A DNA stretch of 64,000 nt, taken from Bacteroidota bacterium. Its GTDB lineage: Bacteria; Bacteroidota; Bacteroidia; Palsa-965. A program made the translations under genes and the position numbers. The notes beneath the pieces were generated by a model. The model made no database searches, was not told where the DNA came from, and saw nothing but the letters and a program-made list of their open reading frames with translations. The stretch spans positions 272 to 64,271 of the forward strand of contig JAJTEY010000031.1 of the NCBI GenBank assembly GCA_021299855.1, in the 5' to 3' direction. How positions within the stretch are numbered: the first letter of the stretch is position 1; the number at the start of each line of letters is the position of its first letter. Positions 39,247 through 49,740 of the stretch are shown here, piece after piece.

Positions 39247-39759
39247 TTATTCTGCGAACTGATTCAATTGCTGCGGCACAGGCGCAGGTTTATTCTGCTC
39301 TGCTTTAACCTGAGGCTGATTCATGCTCACCTCGAATGTCCTTTTCACGCCAAGTGCTCCGGCAGTAACTTTTCCGGCAACCGCAACGTCTGCTTTTTTG
39401 GTAGAAAGCGCCTGCAATAGTTTCGGAATATTCAAAATCACATTCATGATTTGACCACTCACAGAAACTTTGTATGGCAATTTTGACTTTCGTTTAATCT
39501 TCAGTTTTTCATCAATGTGCACTTTACCCATCGGGATATCGGCAACTTTAACATCCATGTCCATCTCATGAATTTTAACAGAGAAATTATTCGGATTGTC
39601 AATCACCAAACACATATCGAACGTTGCTAAACCACGAACCGGATCAATTTTATTAAACTTCACCTCGGTAATTGAAACCGGAACAATCGGCTTGATATTA
39701 CAAGAACCGAATAAGATCAGAACCAACGCACCTAAAACAGCTAATCGCATCATGAGCAT
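39247..39759 (-). CDS. LEA_2 / WHy-like lipoprotein
   Basis: Lipobox LFGSC. The pattern VKFNKIDPVRGLATFDMCLVIDNPNNFSVKIHEMDMDVKVADIPMGK resembles LEA type-2 (NDR1/HIN1-like) beta-sandwich domains. Confidence 0.55.
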   Translation of the reverse strand: MLMMRLAVLGALVLILFGSCNIKPIVPVSITEVKFNKIDPVRGLATFDMCLVIDNPNNFSVKIHEMDMDVKVADIPMGKVHIDEKLKIKRKSKLPYKVSVSGQIMNVILNIPKLLQALSTKKADVAVAGKVTAGALGVKRTFEVSMNQPQVKAEQNKPAPVPQQLNQFAE

Positions 39760-39828
39760 AAAATAAAAAGAGACCAGTAGATTCTTACAACAATCGCACC
39801 AGTCTCCTATGTTGATATTAAAATTAAC

Positions 39829-41217
39829 TTATTTCTTCAATTCCGCATAATGCTTGTAAAACAGCGGAATTGTCTCGATGCCTTTCAGATAATTAAAAAT
39901 ACCGTAGTGTTCGTTCGGTGAATGCAACGCATCAGTATCCAATCCAAAGCCGAACAATACAGAATCCAATCCGAGTTCTGATTTAAATAGTGCAACAATC
40001 GGAATGGATCCTCCGCCACGCGTTGGCACAGGCTTCTTGCCGTAAGTGGTTTCCATGGCTTTGCTCGCCGCCTGAAACGCAGCGCTGGTTGTAGAAACTA
40101 CCACCGGATTTCCGCCGTGATGATGAGACACTTTTACTTTAACAGATGGCGGTGCAATTTTTTGAAAATGCTTCTCAAACTTCGCAGAAATTTCTTCAGA
40201 CGTTTGGTTCGGTACCAGACGCATGGAAATTTTCGCAAATGCTTTTGATGGTAATACTGTTTTAGCTCCTTCGCCTGTGTAGCCGCCCCAAATTCCGTTC
40301 ACATCTAATGTTGGTCGAATACCGGTGCGTTCGTTAGTAGTGTATCCTTTCTCGCCCCAAACTTCATTGATATCGAGATCTTTCTTGTAAGCATCCATGT
40401 TAAATGGCGCCTTGTTCAAATCAGCGCGCTCTTCAGCCGAAAGCTCCGCTACGTTGTCGTAAAAACCGTCCACCGTGATGTGGTTATTTTCATCATGACA
40501 AGACGCAATCATCTTACATAAAATATTCACCGGATTCGCAACTGCACCACCGTATACACCGGAATGTAAATCGCGATTCGGCCCCGTAACTTCAACTTCC
40601 ATATATGCTAAGCCGCGCAATCCTACATCAATAGAAGGCGTGTCATTAGCAATAATGGAGGTATCTGAAATTAAAATTACATCAGCTTTTAATTGCTCTT
40701 TGTTATTGCGTAAAAATGCGCCCAAATTAGCAGAACCAACTTCTTCTTCACCTTCAATCATGAACTTCACGTTGCACGTCAATGTATTGGTTTTCAGCAT
40801 CGTTTCCAATGCTTTTACGTGCATGTAAAATTGTCCTTTATCATCACAGGAACCGCGAGCAAAAATTGCTCCGTCAGGATGAATTTCGGTTTTACGAACG
40901 GTAGGTTCAAATGGAGGTGAAGTCCACAAATCCAATGGATCCGGAGGTTGCACATCGTAATGTCCGTATACCAATACTGTTGGTAACGACGGATCAATCA
41001 TCTTCTCGCCATACACAACAGGATAACCATCTGTTTCAATTAACCGGCAATTGTCCGCGCCGGACTGAATCATTAGTTCCTTAACTGTTTCCGCAGTTTT
41101 CAGAACATCGTTTTTGTATTTCGGATCTGCGCTAACAGAAGGAATTCGTAATAAAGTGAACAGTTCGTTTAAGAAACGATCCTTGTTCTCATGAATAAAT
41201 TGTTGATGAGCATTCAT
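39829..41217 (-). CDS. M20-family metallo-dipeptidase
   Basis: VLVYGHYDVQP, RGSCDDKGQ and MIEGEEEVGS motifs. 462 aa. Confidence 0.85.
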   Translation of the reverse strand: MNAHQQFIHENKDRFLNELFTLLRIPSVSADPKYKNDVLKTAETVKELMIQSGADNCRLIETDGYPVVYGEKMIDPSLPTVLVYGHYDVQPPDPLDLWTSPPFEPTVRKTEIHPDGAIFARGSCDDKGQFYMHVKALETMLKTNTLTCNVKFMIEGEEEVGSANLGAFLRNNKEQLKADVILISDTSIIANDTPSIDVGLRGLAYMEVEVTGPNRDLHSGVYGGAVANPVNILCKMIASCHDENNHITVDGFYDNVAELSAEERADLNKAPFNMDAYKKDLDINEVWGEKGYTTNERTGIRPTLDVNGIWGGYTGEGAKTVLPSKAFAKISMRLVPNQTSEEISAKFEKHFQKIAPPSVKVKVSHHHGGNPVVVSTTSAAFQAASKAMETTYGKKPVPTRGGGSIPIVALFKSELGLDSVLFGFGLDTDALHSPNEHYGIFNYLKGIETIPLFYKHYAELKK

Positions 41218-41335
41218 AGCTGATAATTTTAGGAGTGTAAAGGTGCAGAATTTTAGCGGGGAATGGAAACCGCTTTTTATCTGTTGAATGCCTCATTTAA
41301 ATAACTAGTTAGTTGGTTATCGTCGACGACAACAG

Positions 41336-41343
41336 TATATTTG
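41336..41343 (+). promoter_or_regulatory. -7 promoter box
   Basis: tatatttg lies 37 nt upstream of the ATG at 41381. Confidence 0.45.
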
Positions 41344-41380
41344 TCGTTAGGGCTAACACATTGATATTAAATTTAATGTA

Positions 41381-43249
41381 ATGAGAAAAGGTTTTTTTAT
41401 AGCACTGCTGACGGTTTTCGGCGTTCGTATTGCTGACGCACAAATTACGACCAACACAACATTAACACCGCAACAACTGGTTACCAACGTTTTGTTGGGT
41501 CCCGGGGTTCAAGCTTCTAATATTACATATAACGGCGCGCCTCAAGCGATTGGGCAATTTTTTGGAGGGCTTACGGGTACTACCCCTTTAGGCATCGACA
41601 GCGGTGTTGTGATGACTACAGGAACTGTATTGAACAACGGAAATGGTCCGCATGGTCCTAATAATTCAACCGGTTCCGGATTGGACAACAACCAGCCGGG
41701 AGATCCTTATTTGAATGGTGTTGCCAACGCGAATACGTTTAATGCAGCGATACTTGAGTTCGATTTCGTTCCGCAGGCCGACACAATCAAGTTCAATTAT
41801 GTATTCGGTACAGAAGAATACATGGAATACGTAAGCGGCGGATTCGCGGACGTATTCGCATTCGTGTTAAGTGGCGTAACCGTTGCACTTGCTCCGACGA
41901 ACATTGCGTTGATTCCTCAAACAACTACTGCGGTAACTGCACTCAACGTTAATGCCAATGTAAACGCACAGTACTACGTGGATAATGAAAACCCTCCCGG
42001 AACGTGTGTGCAGTACGATGGTTTCACAACTGTATTGCAAGCAATTTATCCCGTTCAATGCGGAGAAACCTACCACATTAAGTTAGCAATTGCCGATGCA
42101 TTAGATGGCATTGTGGATGCGGGCGTGTTTCTGGAAGCCGGTTCATTTACCACAGGAACAGTAAATGTTTCTACAGAAATTTCTTATGGAAGCAATAACG
42201 ACTCAACGTTGTATGAAGGTTGCGGTCAGGCCTGTCTGATCTTCTCCAGAACCGGAAGTACTGCATTGGCAGACACCGTTCAACTTACTATAGGTGGCAC
42301 AGTTACAAATGGAGTAGACTTTGTGCCGGCATTACCATCACAGTTGATTTTCCAGCCGGGAGAAGATTCTATCGTTATTTGTTTGGATGCTGTGCAAGAT
42401 TTTAACGTGGAAGGTTTAGAAATTTTAACTTTGAGCACATCCGTTACTGGACCCTGCGTGCAAAGTGTAAACAGCGCAGAAATTTACTTCAGCGATTTCC
42501 TTCCAATAACAGTTGACCTTGGCCCGGATACTTCATTATGTAACGCAACGCCGATTACGCTAAGCGCAGCGGTGAGCGGAGGCGTAGAGCCATATTCCTA
42601 TGCATGGGGTACGGGCGATTCAACCGCAACGATAAACGTACAGCCAATTGTTACTACAACTTACACCGTTACTGTAACAGATCCATGTGGTTCCGCCCCT
42701 GCAGTGGACAGCATCACGATTTTCTTACCAAGTGCACAAGCATTAACCGCTATCGCAACACCTGATTTTGAAGTATGTCGTGGCGAACCGGTTACGCTTT
42801 TAGTAACAGCAACCGGAGGTTCATTGCCGTATACTTATCAGTGGGCTACAATTGCCGGACCTGATACCGTGCCTGATAACAACGGAACGGTAAATGTCTT
42901 TACTCCAAATGCAAGTGGTACATTCTTTGTTGGTATTGTTGATGGATGCGGTAATTTGTCGGGTGACACCGTTGCATTTGTAGTGAACGAATGCTCCGTT
43001 GTTCCGCCCAACGTGTTTACACCAAATGGTGACGGCACGAACGATTTTCTGGTGTTTTATGGCTTGGAGTTTTTCCCGGGCAGTGCGTTGATGATTTATA
43101 ATCGCTGGGGAAATAAAATCTACGAAAACCCTGACTACCGAAACAATTGGGGCGGTGACGGTGTTTCAGATGGAACGTATTATTACATCCTAAATTTATC
43201 GGATGGACAAACTCTCACCGGGTTCGTCATGATTATCCGAAGCAATTAA
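41381..43249 (+). CDS. Surface protein: choice-of-anchor-L-like N-terminal domain, SprB-type repeats, T9SS type B (CHU_C) CTD
   Basis: Its N-terminus is paralogous to the 4183 protein (LVTNVLLGPGVQASNITYNG...YVFGTEEYMEYV...IADALDGIVDAGVFL). C-terminus VFTPNGDGTNDFLVF...IYNRWGNKIYE...YYYILNL. Confidence 0.85.
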   Translation: MRKGFFIALLTVFGVRIADAQITTNTTLTPQQLVTNVLLGPGVQASNITYNGAPQAIGQFFGGLTGTTPLGIDSGVVMTTGTVLNNGNGPHGPNNSTGSGLDNNQPGDPYLNGVANANTFNAAILEFDFVPQADTIKFNYVFGTEEYMEYVSGGFADVFAFVLSGVTVALAPTNIALIPQTTTAVTALNVNANVNAQYYVDNENPPGTCVQYDGFTTVLQAIYPVQCGETYHIKLAIADALDGIVDAGVFLEAGSFTTGTVNVSTEISYGSNNDSTLYEGCGQACLIFSRTGSTALADTVQLTIGGTVTNGVDFVPALPSQLIFQPGEDSIVICLDAVQDFNVEGLEILTLSTSVTGPCVQSVNSAEIYFSDFLPITVDLGPDTSLCNATPITLSAAVSGGVEPYSYAWGTGDSTATINVQPIVTTTYTVTVTDPCGSAPAVDSITIFLPSAQALTAIATPDFEVCRGEPVTLLVTATGGSLPYTYQWATIAGPDTVPDNNGTVNVFTPNASGTFFVGIVDGCGNLSGDTVAFVVNECSVVPPNVFTPNGDGTNDFLVFYGLEFFPGSALMIYNRWGNKIYENPDYRNNWGGDGVSDGTYYYILNLSDGQTLTGFVMIIRSN

Positions 43250-43288
43250 ACTCACGGCTTTCCCCAGCCGTATTATTTCGAAACGAAC

Positions 43289-45299
43289 ATGCCTACGCGG
43301 GCGTTGCTTTTTGGACTCCTAATTTTACTGTCTTTTCAGCCGGTCAAGGCGACGCATATTGTTGGTGGTGAGATTTATTACGATTGCCTGGGTAACAACA
43401 ACTATCGCATTACTTTAAAGTTGTACCGCGATTGTTTGAATGGAGTTGCTCCCTACGACAATCCTGCCGTGATAGGCATTTTTGATATCAACGGTAACTT
43501 AATTGATTCGGTTGCGATTCCGTTCCCGGGATCAACTTTGGTTCCGCCTACCATTAACAATCCATGCTACACGCCACCGGGTAACGTTTGTGTGGAAGAA
43601 GCCATTTATCAAACCATTGTCAACTTGCCGCCCATTCCGGGAGGTCATGTTATTTCGTACCAGCGCTGTTGCAGAAACAACACCATCTTAAATTTGATTA
43701 ATCCCGGACAAGTTGGTTCTACATATTCGATTCTAATTCCGCCTGCGAACCTTGCTATTTGTAACAGTTCAGCACGTTACAACAACTTTCCTCCCATCTT
43801 CATTTGTCAGGGTGCGCCGCTGGTGTTTGATCATTCCGCAACTGATCCGGATGGTGATTCGTTAGCTTATGAATTGTGTGATCCTTACGATGGGGCTTCA
43901 TCTGCTTTCCCAATGCCACAGCCACCTGCCGGACCACCGTACGCGTTTGTACCATTCGCACCGCCGTATTCCGGAAATTATCCAATGAGCTCCAATCCGG
44001 CTATGTCAATTGATCCGCAAACCGGTTTGTTAACGGGCACTCCAAACATTCAAGGCCAGTGGGTTGTAGGTGTTTGTGTGAAAGAATATCGTAACGGAAA
44101 TTTGATTTCCGTTAACAAACGTGACTTTCAATTCAACGTATTGCCGTGTCCGTTACTGACAGTAAGTTCAGTTCCGTCACAAACCGTTTTTTGTGCTGGT
44201 TATGTGGTGCAATTCCAAAACACGAGCTTCAATGCCACCTCCTATTTATGGAACTTCGATGATCCAACAACACCAGGCGACACCAGCAACATAGCAACGC
44301 CAACGTACACGTATCCCGATACCGGTGTATACGATGTCACACTGATTTGCAATCCGTATTCACCGTTGGACGTTTGGTCCTAATGCCAATCCGCAATCAT
44401 CCAACATTGGAGATCCGCAAAACGTGACGTGGTCGTCGCCCGGAAATTATATCGTAACGCTGCAAGTGGATGAAAACGGATGTACAGGAACATTTAGTGA
44501 TACGGTCATCGTTTATCCTATGCCAACCGCTGACTTCGCCGCAACGCCATTAGTAGGCTGCAATCCTTTCACCGTGCAGTTTTCAGACAGTTCTGTTGCC
44601 GGAACGCCAATGCAATATTTGTGGTCGTTTGGTGATGGTAGTTTTTCCACCGACAACAATCCTGTTCATACTTACACCAATGTGGGCGTGTACGATGTTA
44701 TGCTGATTATTCAAACCACCAACGGATGTGTATCGATTGATACTTTTTATGTACCGAACATGATTACGGTGAATCCTTCGCCTTTAGCGAACTTCGCCGT
44801 ATCAGCAACCACTGTATCCATTTTTGATCCGCTCATCAGTGTAACCGATTTCAGTATTGACGGTGATTCCTGTTTATTGGATTTCGGTGACGGATACACC
44901 ATCAACGGTTGCGAAGGTGCGCATGTGTATTGGCAATATGGCAACTATGTTATCACGCAATACGTGTGGAATGAATACGGTTGTCCGGATACGTTTCAGA
45001 TTCCGATTGAAGTTTTGCCCGAACATCGTTTTTATGTGCCTAACACGTTCACGCCAAACGGTGATGGATTGAACGATTTCTTCATGCCTGCAATCATGGG
45101 CGTAGAGAATTTCCGTTTCACCATTTATAATCGTTGGGGCGAAATGATTTTCGAATCGCGCGATATTTACAAAGGTTGGGATGGTCGTTACAAAGACAAC
45201 AAATGCCAGCAGGATGTATATGTGTGGAAGATCGAATTCCTCGACATTGCCAGTGGAGAAGAACGCTACTACATCGGACACGTCAATCTTATTCGATAG
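43289..45299 (+). pseudogene. CHU_C (T9SS type B) adhesin-like gene interrupted between 44343 and 44424
   Basis: ORF 43289..44383 ends shortly after a PKD-like core (...GVYDVTLICNPYSPLDVWS*). The next frame is open from 44346 (..WTFGPNANPQSSNIGDPQNVTWSSPGNYIVTLQV...) and has no ATG start of its own. The C-terminus FYVPNTFTPNGDGLNDFF...CQQDVYVWKIEF...GHVNLIR is a CHU_C domain. Confidence 0.65.
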
Positions 45300-46191
45300 C
45301 CGCTTCTGCTGCTATAGCCTGCTGAATGATTTCGTACTTATAACGGTAACCTGCACTGCGAATGCGATGTATATCCACGCGACATCCTTCCAGCACAATT
45401 CCGGACATTTCTCCTAACATCATTTTCAATACGAACGCCGGCACTTTAGGTAACCACAGTGGTCGACGATAAAGCTGCGCTACTGCAACAGTAAAATCGT
45501 GTTGTGTAATTTGATTCGGTGCTGCAGCGTTGTAAATACCGCGGAGCTGATCATTGTCCAATGCCAGTCTCATCATTCCCACCACATCATCAATATGTAT
45601 CCAAGGTATCCACTGATCTCCTGTTCCCAACGCGCTTCCCATTCCGATGCGAACCGGAGCAGCTAACTTCGGAAATGCACCACCGTCTTTACTGATGACC
45701 ACACCGATGCGAAACACCACGCGACGCGTAATGTTATCCAACTCCGAGGTAGATGCTTCCCAACGCTGACACGTTTCACCGAAAAAATCTTTAGCCGGAG
45801 GTTCGTCTTCTTTGTGCATACGATCGTCCGTAATTAAGCCGTACCAACCCGTTGCAGAAGCTGAAACAAAAACAGACAAGGGTCGTGAACGTTTTTTAAT
45901 TGCGCTGACCAACAGTTGCCCCGATTGCTCTCGGCTATCAATAATTACGCGCTTGTAACGTGTAGTCCATTTTTCGGCAGCAACATTTGCTCCGGCTAAA
46001 TGAATGATAGCATCTGCAGCATTCACAGCATCCTGATCTATGATTCCTTTCGCAGGATTCCACACGGCAGTTTTCACTTTTTTGCTGCGACCCGATCGTC
46101 CTAACCACACAACTTCGTGTCCTGCAGCCTGCAATTGTTGCGTTATCCGTTGTCCCAACAATCCGGAACCTCCTGTGATAAGTATATTCAT
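45289..46191 (-). CDS. TIGR01777/YfcH-type NAD-dependent epimerase-family protein (DUF1731 C-terminus)
   Basis: MNILITGGSGLLG Rossmann motif. 300 aa. Confidence 0.75.
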   Translation of the reverse strand: MNILITGGSGLLGQRITQQLQAAGHEVVWLGRSGRSKKVKTAVWNPAKGIIDQDAVNAADAIIHLAGANVAAEKWTTRYKRVIIDSREQSGQLLVSAIKKRSRPLSVFVSASATGWYGLITDDRMHKEDEPPAKDFFGETCQRWEASTSELDNITRRVVFRIGVVISKDGGAFPKLAAPVRIGMGSALGTGDQWIPWIHIDDVVGMMRLALDNDQLRGIYNAAAPNQITQHDFTVAVAQLYRRPLWLPKVPAFVLKMMLGEMSGIVLEGCRVDIHRIRSAGYRYKYEIIQQAIAAEAAIE

Positions 46192-46233
46192 AAAATAGCG
46201 CGTAAATTGGTGAACAAATTAATATAACAAACT

Positions 46234-46560
46234 ATGGAAGATTCGGTTTACACCCATCATATTTTCATTTGCACCAATCAACGCGCACCCGGTGCAGCCC
46301 GCAAAAGCTGCGGCGAAGCGCATGGACTGGAGTTGATAGATGAATTTCGAAAACAACTGAAAGAAAAAAATCTGCCCGTTCCTATTCGTGTGCAAAAGGC
46401 CGGTTGTTTGGACATTTGCGACTTCGGACCAACGTTGGTGATTTATCCCGAAGGCGTTTTCTATGTAGGTATTGAACGTGCTGATGTTACTGAAATTATT
46501 GAAGAACATTTGGTACATAAGCGTCCGGTTGAACGGTTACGTTACAGACGTCAAAAATGA
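46234..46560 (+). CDS. Thioredoxin-like [2Fe-2S] ferredoxin
   Basis: HIFICTNQR...KSCG...AGCLDICDFGPTLVIYPEGVFY, a four-Cys pattern typical of this family. Confidence 0.75.
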   Translation: MEDSVYTHHIFICTNQRAPGAARKSCGEAHGLELIDEFRKQLKEKNLPVPIRVQKAGCLDICDFGPTLVIYPEGVFYVGIERADVTEIIEEHLVHKRPVERLRYRRQK

Positions 46561-46928
46561 TGCCGCTTCCAACCACATTCGAGTCTTCTGATCTTGTGCT
46601 TCAGCTGTTGCCGCAAGCGTTAAAAATTTTGGGCAACGATTTCCGGACTTCAGGATTGGATTGGGATTCCGACCTGGAACGCATCGTTACATTGAAAGAT
46701 ACGCGAGATCGTTTGGCGATGTGGTTGAGTAGACACGCGAAAACAGGGAGCGAAAAATTTTACAGACTTTTATACCGTGTTGATCTGCCCGAAAATCGGG
46801 TTCATCGGGCACTGCAGGAACAAACCGATAGAAACGGTGATGAATTGATCAGTGAAATGCTGATCATCAGGGCTTTACAAAAGGCATATTTCCGTGCCAA
46901 CTTCGGCTCCAAAACGGATTTAGAATAG
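46557..46928 (+). CDS. Hypothetical protein, translationally coupled to the ferredoxin
   Basis: 123-aa ORF whose ATG overlaps the ferredoxin stop (ATGA). No motif recognised. Confidence 0.5.
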   Translation: MMPLPTTFESSDLVLQLLPQALKILGNDFRTSGLDWDSDLERIVTLKDTRDRLAMWLSRHAKTGSEKFYRLLYRVDLPENRVHRALQEQTDRNGDELISEMLIIRALQKAYFRANFGSKTDLE

Positions 46929-46939
46929 CGGGAAACCCT

Positions 46940-46947
46940 TAACTTTG
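46940..46947 (+). promoter_or_regulatory. -7 promoter box upstream of sucA
   Basis: taactttg lies 25 nt upstream of the ATG at 46973. Confidence 0.5.
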
Positions 46948-46972
46948 ACGACTTATTTGAAGCCACGTTTGC

Positions 46973-49714
46973 ATGGACAAATTTTCTTACCTGGGTAATG
47001 CGGATGTTGCTGCCATCGAGCAGCTTTTCCAGCAATTTTTGAGTGATAAAAATTCTGTGGATGAAAGCTGGCGACAGTTTTTTGAAGGATTCGAATTCGC
47101 GCGTAAAAATTTTGAAGATTCGGGAGAAATCCCTTCTCAAGTAAAGAAGGAATTTAACGTATTGAACCTGATCAACGGATATCGATCCCGCGGACATTTT
47201 TTCACACAAACGAATCCTGTTCGTGAACGCCGCAAATATAGCCCGACATTGGATATCGAGAACTTCGGTTTAGCTGCCTCAGATCTTGAAACTGTTTTCC
47301 AAGCAGGAACGCAAATCGGTATCGGGCCTGCTAAACTGAAAGACATTATCGCATTCTTGCAGCAAACGTATTGTCGTTCTATTGGTGCAGAGTACATGTA
47401 CATCCGAAATCCTGAAATGTTGAAGTGGTTGCAGGAGCGCATGGAGAAAAGCAAGAACACGCCGGCATTCACTTTGGATGAAAAGAAAACCATTCTGAAT
47501 AAATTAAACCAGGCGGTTGTATTCGAAAATTTCCTACACACCAAATTTGTCGGACAAAAACGTTTCTCCCTGGAAGGATTGGAAACTTTAATTCCTGCTT
47601 TGGATGTGTTAATGGAACATGGAGCAGATTTAGGCATTCGTGATTACGTGATGGGAATGGCACATCGTGGTCGCTTGAACGTATTGGCCAATATTTTAAA
47701 TAAAACATACGAAGATATTTTCACCGAGTTTGAAGGGGCGATGACTGCTGATTCGGCGTACGATGGAGACGTGAAATATCACATGGGTTACAGCAGCGAC
47801 CAACTTTCCAATCACGGACATCCGGTGCATATCAGCTTAACTCCGAATCCATCGCATTTGGAAGCGGTAAATCCTGTGGTGGAAGGAATTGCACGCAGTA
47901 AAGCAGACAACATTCACAAAGGTGATTTATCTAAAGTTTGTCCGATACTGATTCACGGTGATGCGGCCATTGCAGGTCAGGGGATTGTGTATGAAGTATT
48001 GCAGATGATGACGTTGGATGCCTACAAAACCGGCGGAACAGTGCACATCGTAACCAACAACCAGGTTGGATTTACAACGAACTATCTGGACGCGCGTTCT
48101 TCTACATACTGCACAGACATTGCGAAAGTGGTATTAAGTCCGGTGTTTCATGTGAATGCGGATGATGTGGAAGCAGTTGCATTTGTGTGCAAACTAGCTA
48201 TAGAATTCCGTCAGACTTTTGGTCGCGATGTATTTATTGATTTGTTAGGATATCGCAAATACGGACATAACGAAGGTGATGAACCTCGCTTCACACAGCC
48301 GTTGTTGTATAAGGTAATCGCGAAACATCCGAACCCGCGTGAATTATACGTTAACAAGCTTACTGCTCAAGGAGAAATTGAAGCAGAGTTGGCGAAACAA
48401 ATGGAGCGTGAGTTTAAGGATATGCTGCAAGAGAAATTGAATCTTGCCAAGCAAACCGAGCGCGCAAAAGTAACTTCCTTCCTTGCCGGTTCATGGCAAG
48501 GCTTGCGTATGGCTACTGCCGCGGATTTCGAGAAGTCGCCGGACACCGGAATCGATAAGAAGAAATTTATTGAATTGGCGAAAACGATTGCGCAATTACC
48601 AACTGATAAGAAGTTCTTCAACAAGATTGAGAACATCTTTAAAGATCGTCAGGCGATGATTGAAAAAGATCAGTTCGATTGGGCAATGGGCGAATTGATG
48701 GCGTACGCATCATTGATGACAGAAGGACATAATGTTCGTTTCAGCGGACAAGATGTAGAACGCGGAACATTCTCGCACCGTCATGCTGTTGTGAAGGTGG
48801 AAGATTCGGAAGAAGAATACACGCCGCTTAACAACATCGGTGGCAACAAAGGCAAAATCGATATTTACAATTCGCATTTATCGGAATACGGTGTTCTCGG
48901 TTTCGAATACGGCTATGCGATGGCTACTCCGAATGCATTAACCATTTGGGAAGCGCAGTTCGGTGACTTCTTCAACGGAGCACAAATTATCATCGATCAA
49001 TTCCTCAGCAGCGCCGAATACAAATGGCGTCGTATGAATGGTTTGGTGATGTTGTTGCCTCATGGTTATGAAGGTCAAGGTCCGGAGCACTCGTCTGCTC
49101 GTATGGAACGATTCCTGCAAATGTGTGCCGACAACAACTTGCAGATCATCAACGCAACAACACCGGCACAGCAGTTTCACGCATTGCGTCGTCAGTTGAA
49201 ACGCGATTTCCGTAAGCCGTTGATTTGCTTCACACCAAAGAAATTATTGCGTTATCCTTCTTGTGTAAGTTCGGTGAACGATTTTACATCAGGCGGATTC
49301 CGTGAAGTATTGGACGACACCACAGTGAAGGCAGCATCTGTAAAACGTATCGTATTCTGCACTGGAAAAATCTATTACGACCTGATCGAACAGCGGGAAA
49401 AAACCGGACAGTTGGACACTGCGGTAGTTCGTATTGAACAATTATATCCGTTTCCACAACAACAATTGAACGAGTTGTTGAAGAAATATTCCGGCGCGAA
49501 ACAATTTATCTGGGCACAGGAAGAACCTGAAAATATGGGAGCGTGGTCTTTTGTTGTTCGCCGATTCAAAGGAATCCAGCTTGATTATGTAGGCCGTGAT
49601 GAAGCCGCAAGTCCTGCTACCGGATTCTCTAAAGTTCACGCGAAACAACAGCAAGCGATCCTGGATAAAGTCTTTGTTCCTGTTGCAACATCAACACCTG
49701 AAAAAATTAAATAA
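46973..49714 (+). CDS. sucA: 2-oxoglutarate dehydrogenase E1 component
   Basis: 913 aa. The N-terminus [18 protein letters not shown] and the ThDP-binding region [13 protein letters not shown] are typical of SucA. It is followed by sucB. Confidence 0.9.
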   Translation: MDKFSYLGNADVAAIEQLFQQFLSDKNSVDESWRQFFEGFEFARKNFEDSGEIPSQVKKEFNVLNLINGYRSRGHFFTQTNPVRERRKYSPTLDIENFGLAASDLETVFQAGTQIGIGPAKLKDIIAFLQQTYCRSIGAEYMYIRNPEMLKWLQERMEKSKNTPAFTLDEKKTILNKLNQAVVFENFLHTKFVGQKRFSLEGLETLIPALDVLMEHGADLGIRDYVMGMAHRGRLNVLANILNKTYEDIFTEFEGAMTADSAYDGDVKYHMGYSSDQLSNHGHPVHISLTPNPSHLEAVNPVVEGIARSKADNIHKGDLSKVCPILIHGDAAIAGQGIVYEVLQMMTLDAYKTGGTVHIVTNNQVGFTTNYLDARSSTYCTDIAKVVLSPVFHVNADDVEAVAFVCKLAIEFRQTFGRDVFIDLLGYRKYGHNEGDEPRFTQPLLYKVIAKHPNPRELYVNKLTAQGEIEAELAKQMEREFKDMLQEKLNLAKQTERAKVTSFLAGSWQGLRMATAADFEKSPDTGIDKKKFIELAKTIAQLPTDKKFFNKIENIFKDRQAMIEKDQFDWAMGELMAYASLMTEGHNVRFSGQDVERGTFSHRHAVVKVEDSEEEYTPLNNIGGNKGKIDIYNSHLSEYGVLGFEYGYAMATPNALTIWEAQFGDFFNGAQIIIDQFLSSAEYKWRRMNGLVMLLPHGYEGQGPEHSSARMERFLQMCADNNLQIINATTPAQQFHALRRQLKRDFRKPLICFTPKKLLRYPSCVSSVNDFTSGGFREVLDDTTVKAASVKRIVFCTGKIYYDLIEQREKTGQLDTAVVRIEQLYPFPQQQLNELLKKYSGAKQFIWAQEEPENMGAWSFVVRRFKGIQLDYVGRDEAASPATGFSKVHAKQQQAILDKVFVPVATSTPEKIK

Positions 49715-49740
49715 CAGCCACCACTATAATACATCAACTT

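Noticed and set aside
41255-41280. Weak hairpin agcgg...ccgct followed by ttttta on the plus strand, upstream of the dipeptidase gene
   Set aside because: The stem is only 5 bp and there is no plus-strand gene upstream to terminate. It is probably fortuitous.
44874-45281. 135-aa minus-strand ORF opposite the CHU_C domain region
   Set aside because: The plus-strand frame encodes a clear PKD/CHU_C protein. The antisense translation has no features.
46219-46518. 99-aa minus-strand ORF opposite the ferredoxin gene
   Set aside because: The plus-strand product carries the four-Cys thioredoxin-like ferredoxin pattern. The minus-strand product has no motif.
47137-47637. 166-aa minus-strand ORF inside sucA, with similar antisense ORFs at 47469-47708, 48367-48636, 48938-49180 and 49375-49654
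   Set aside because: All are antisense to the highly conserved sucA reading frame, with no recognisable motifs or start context.
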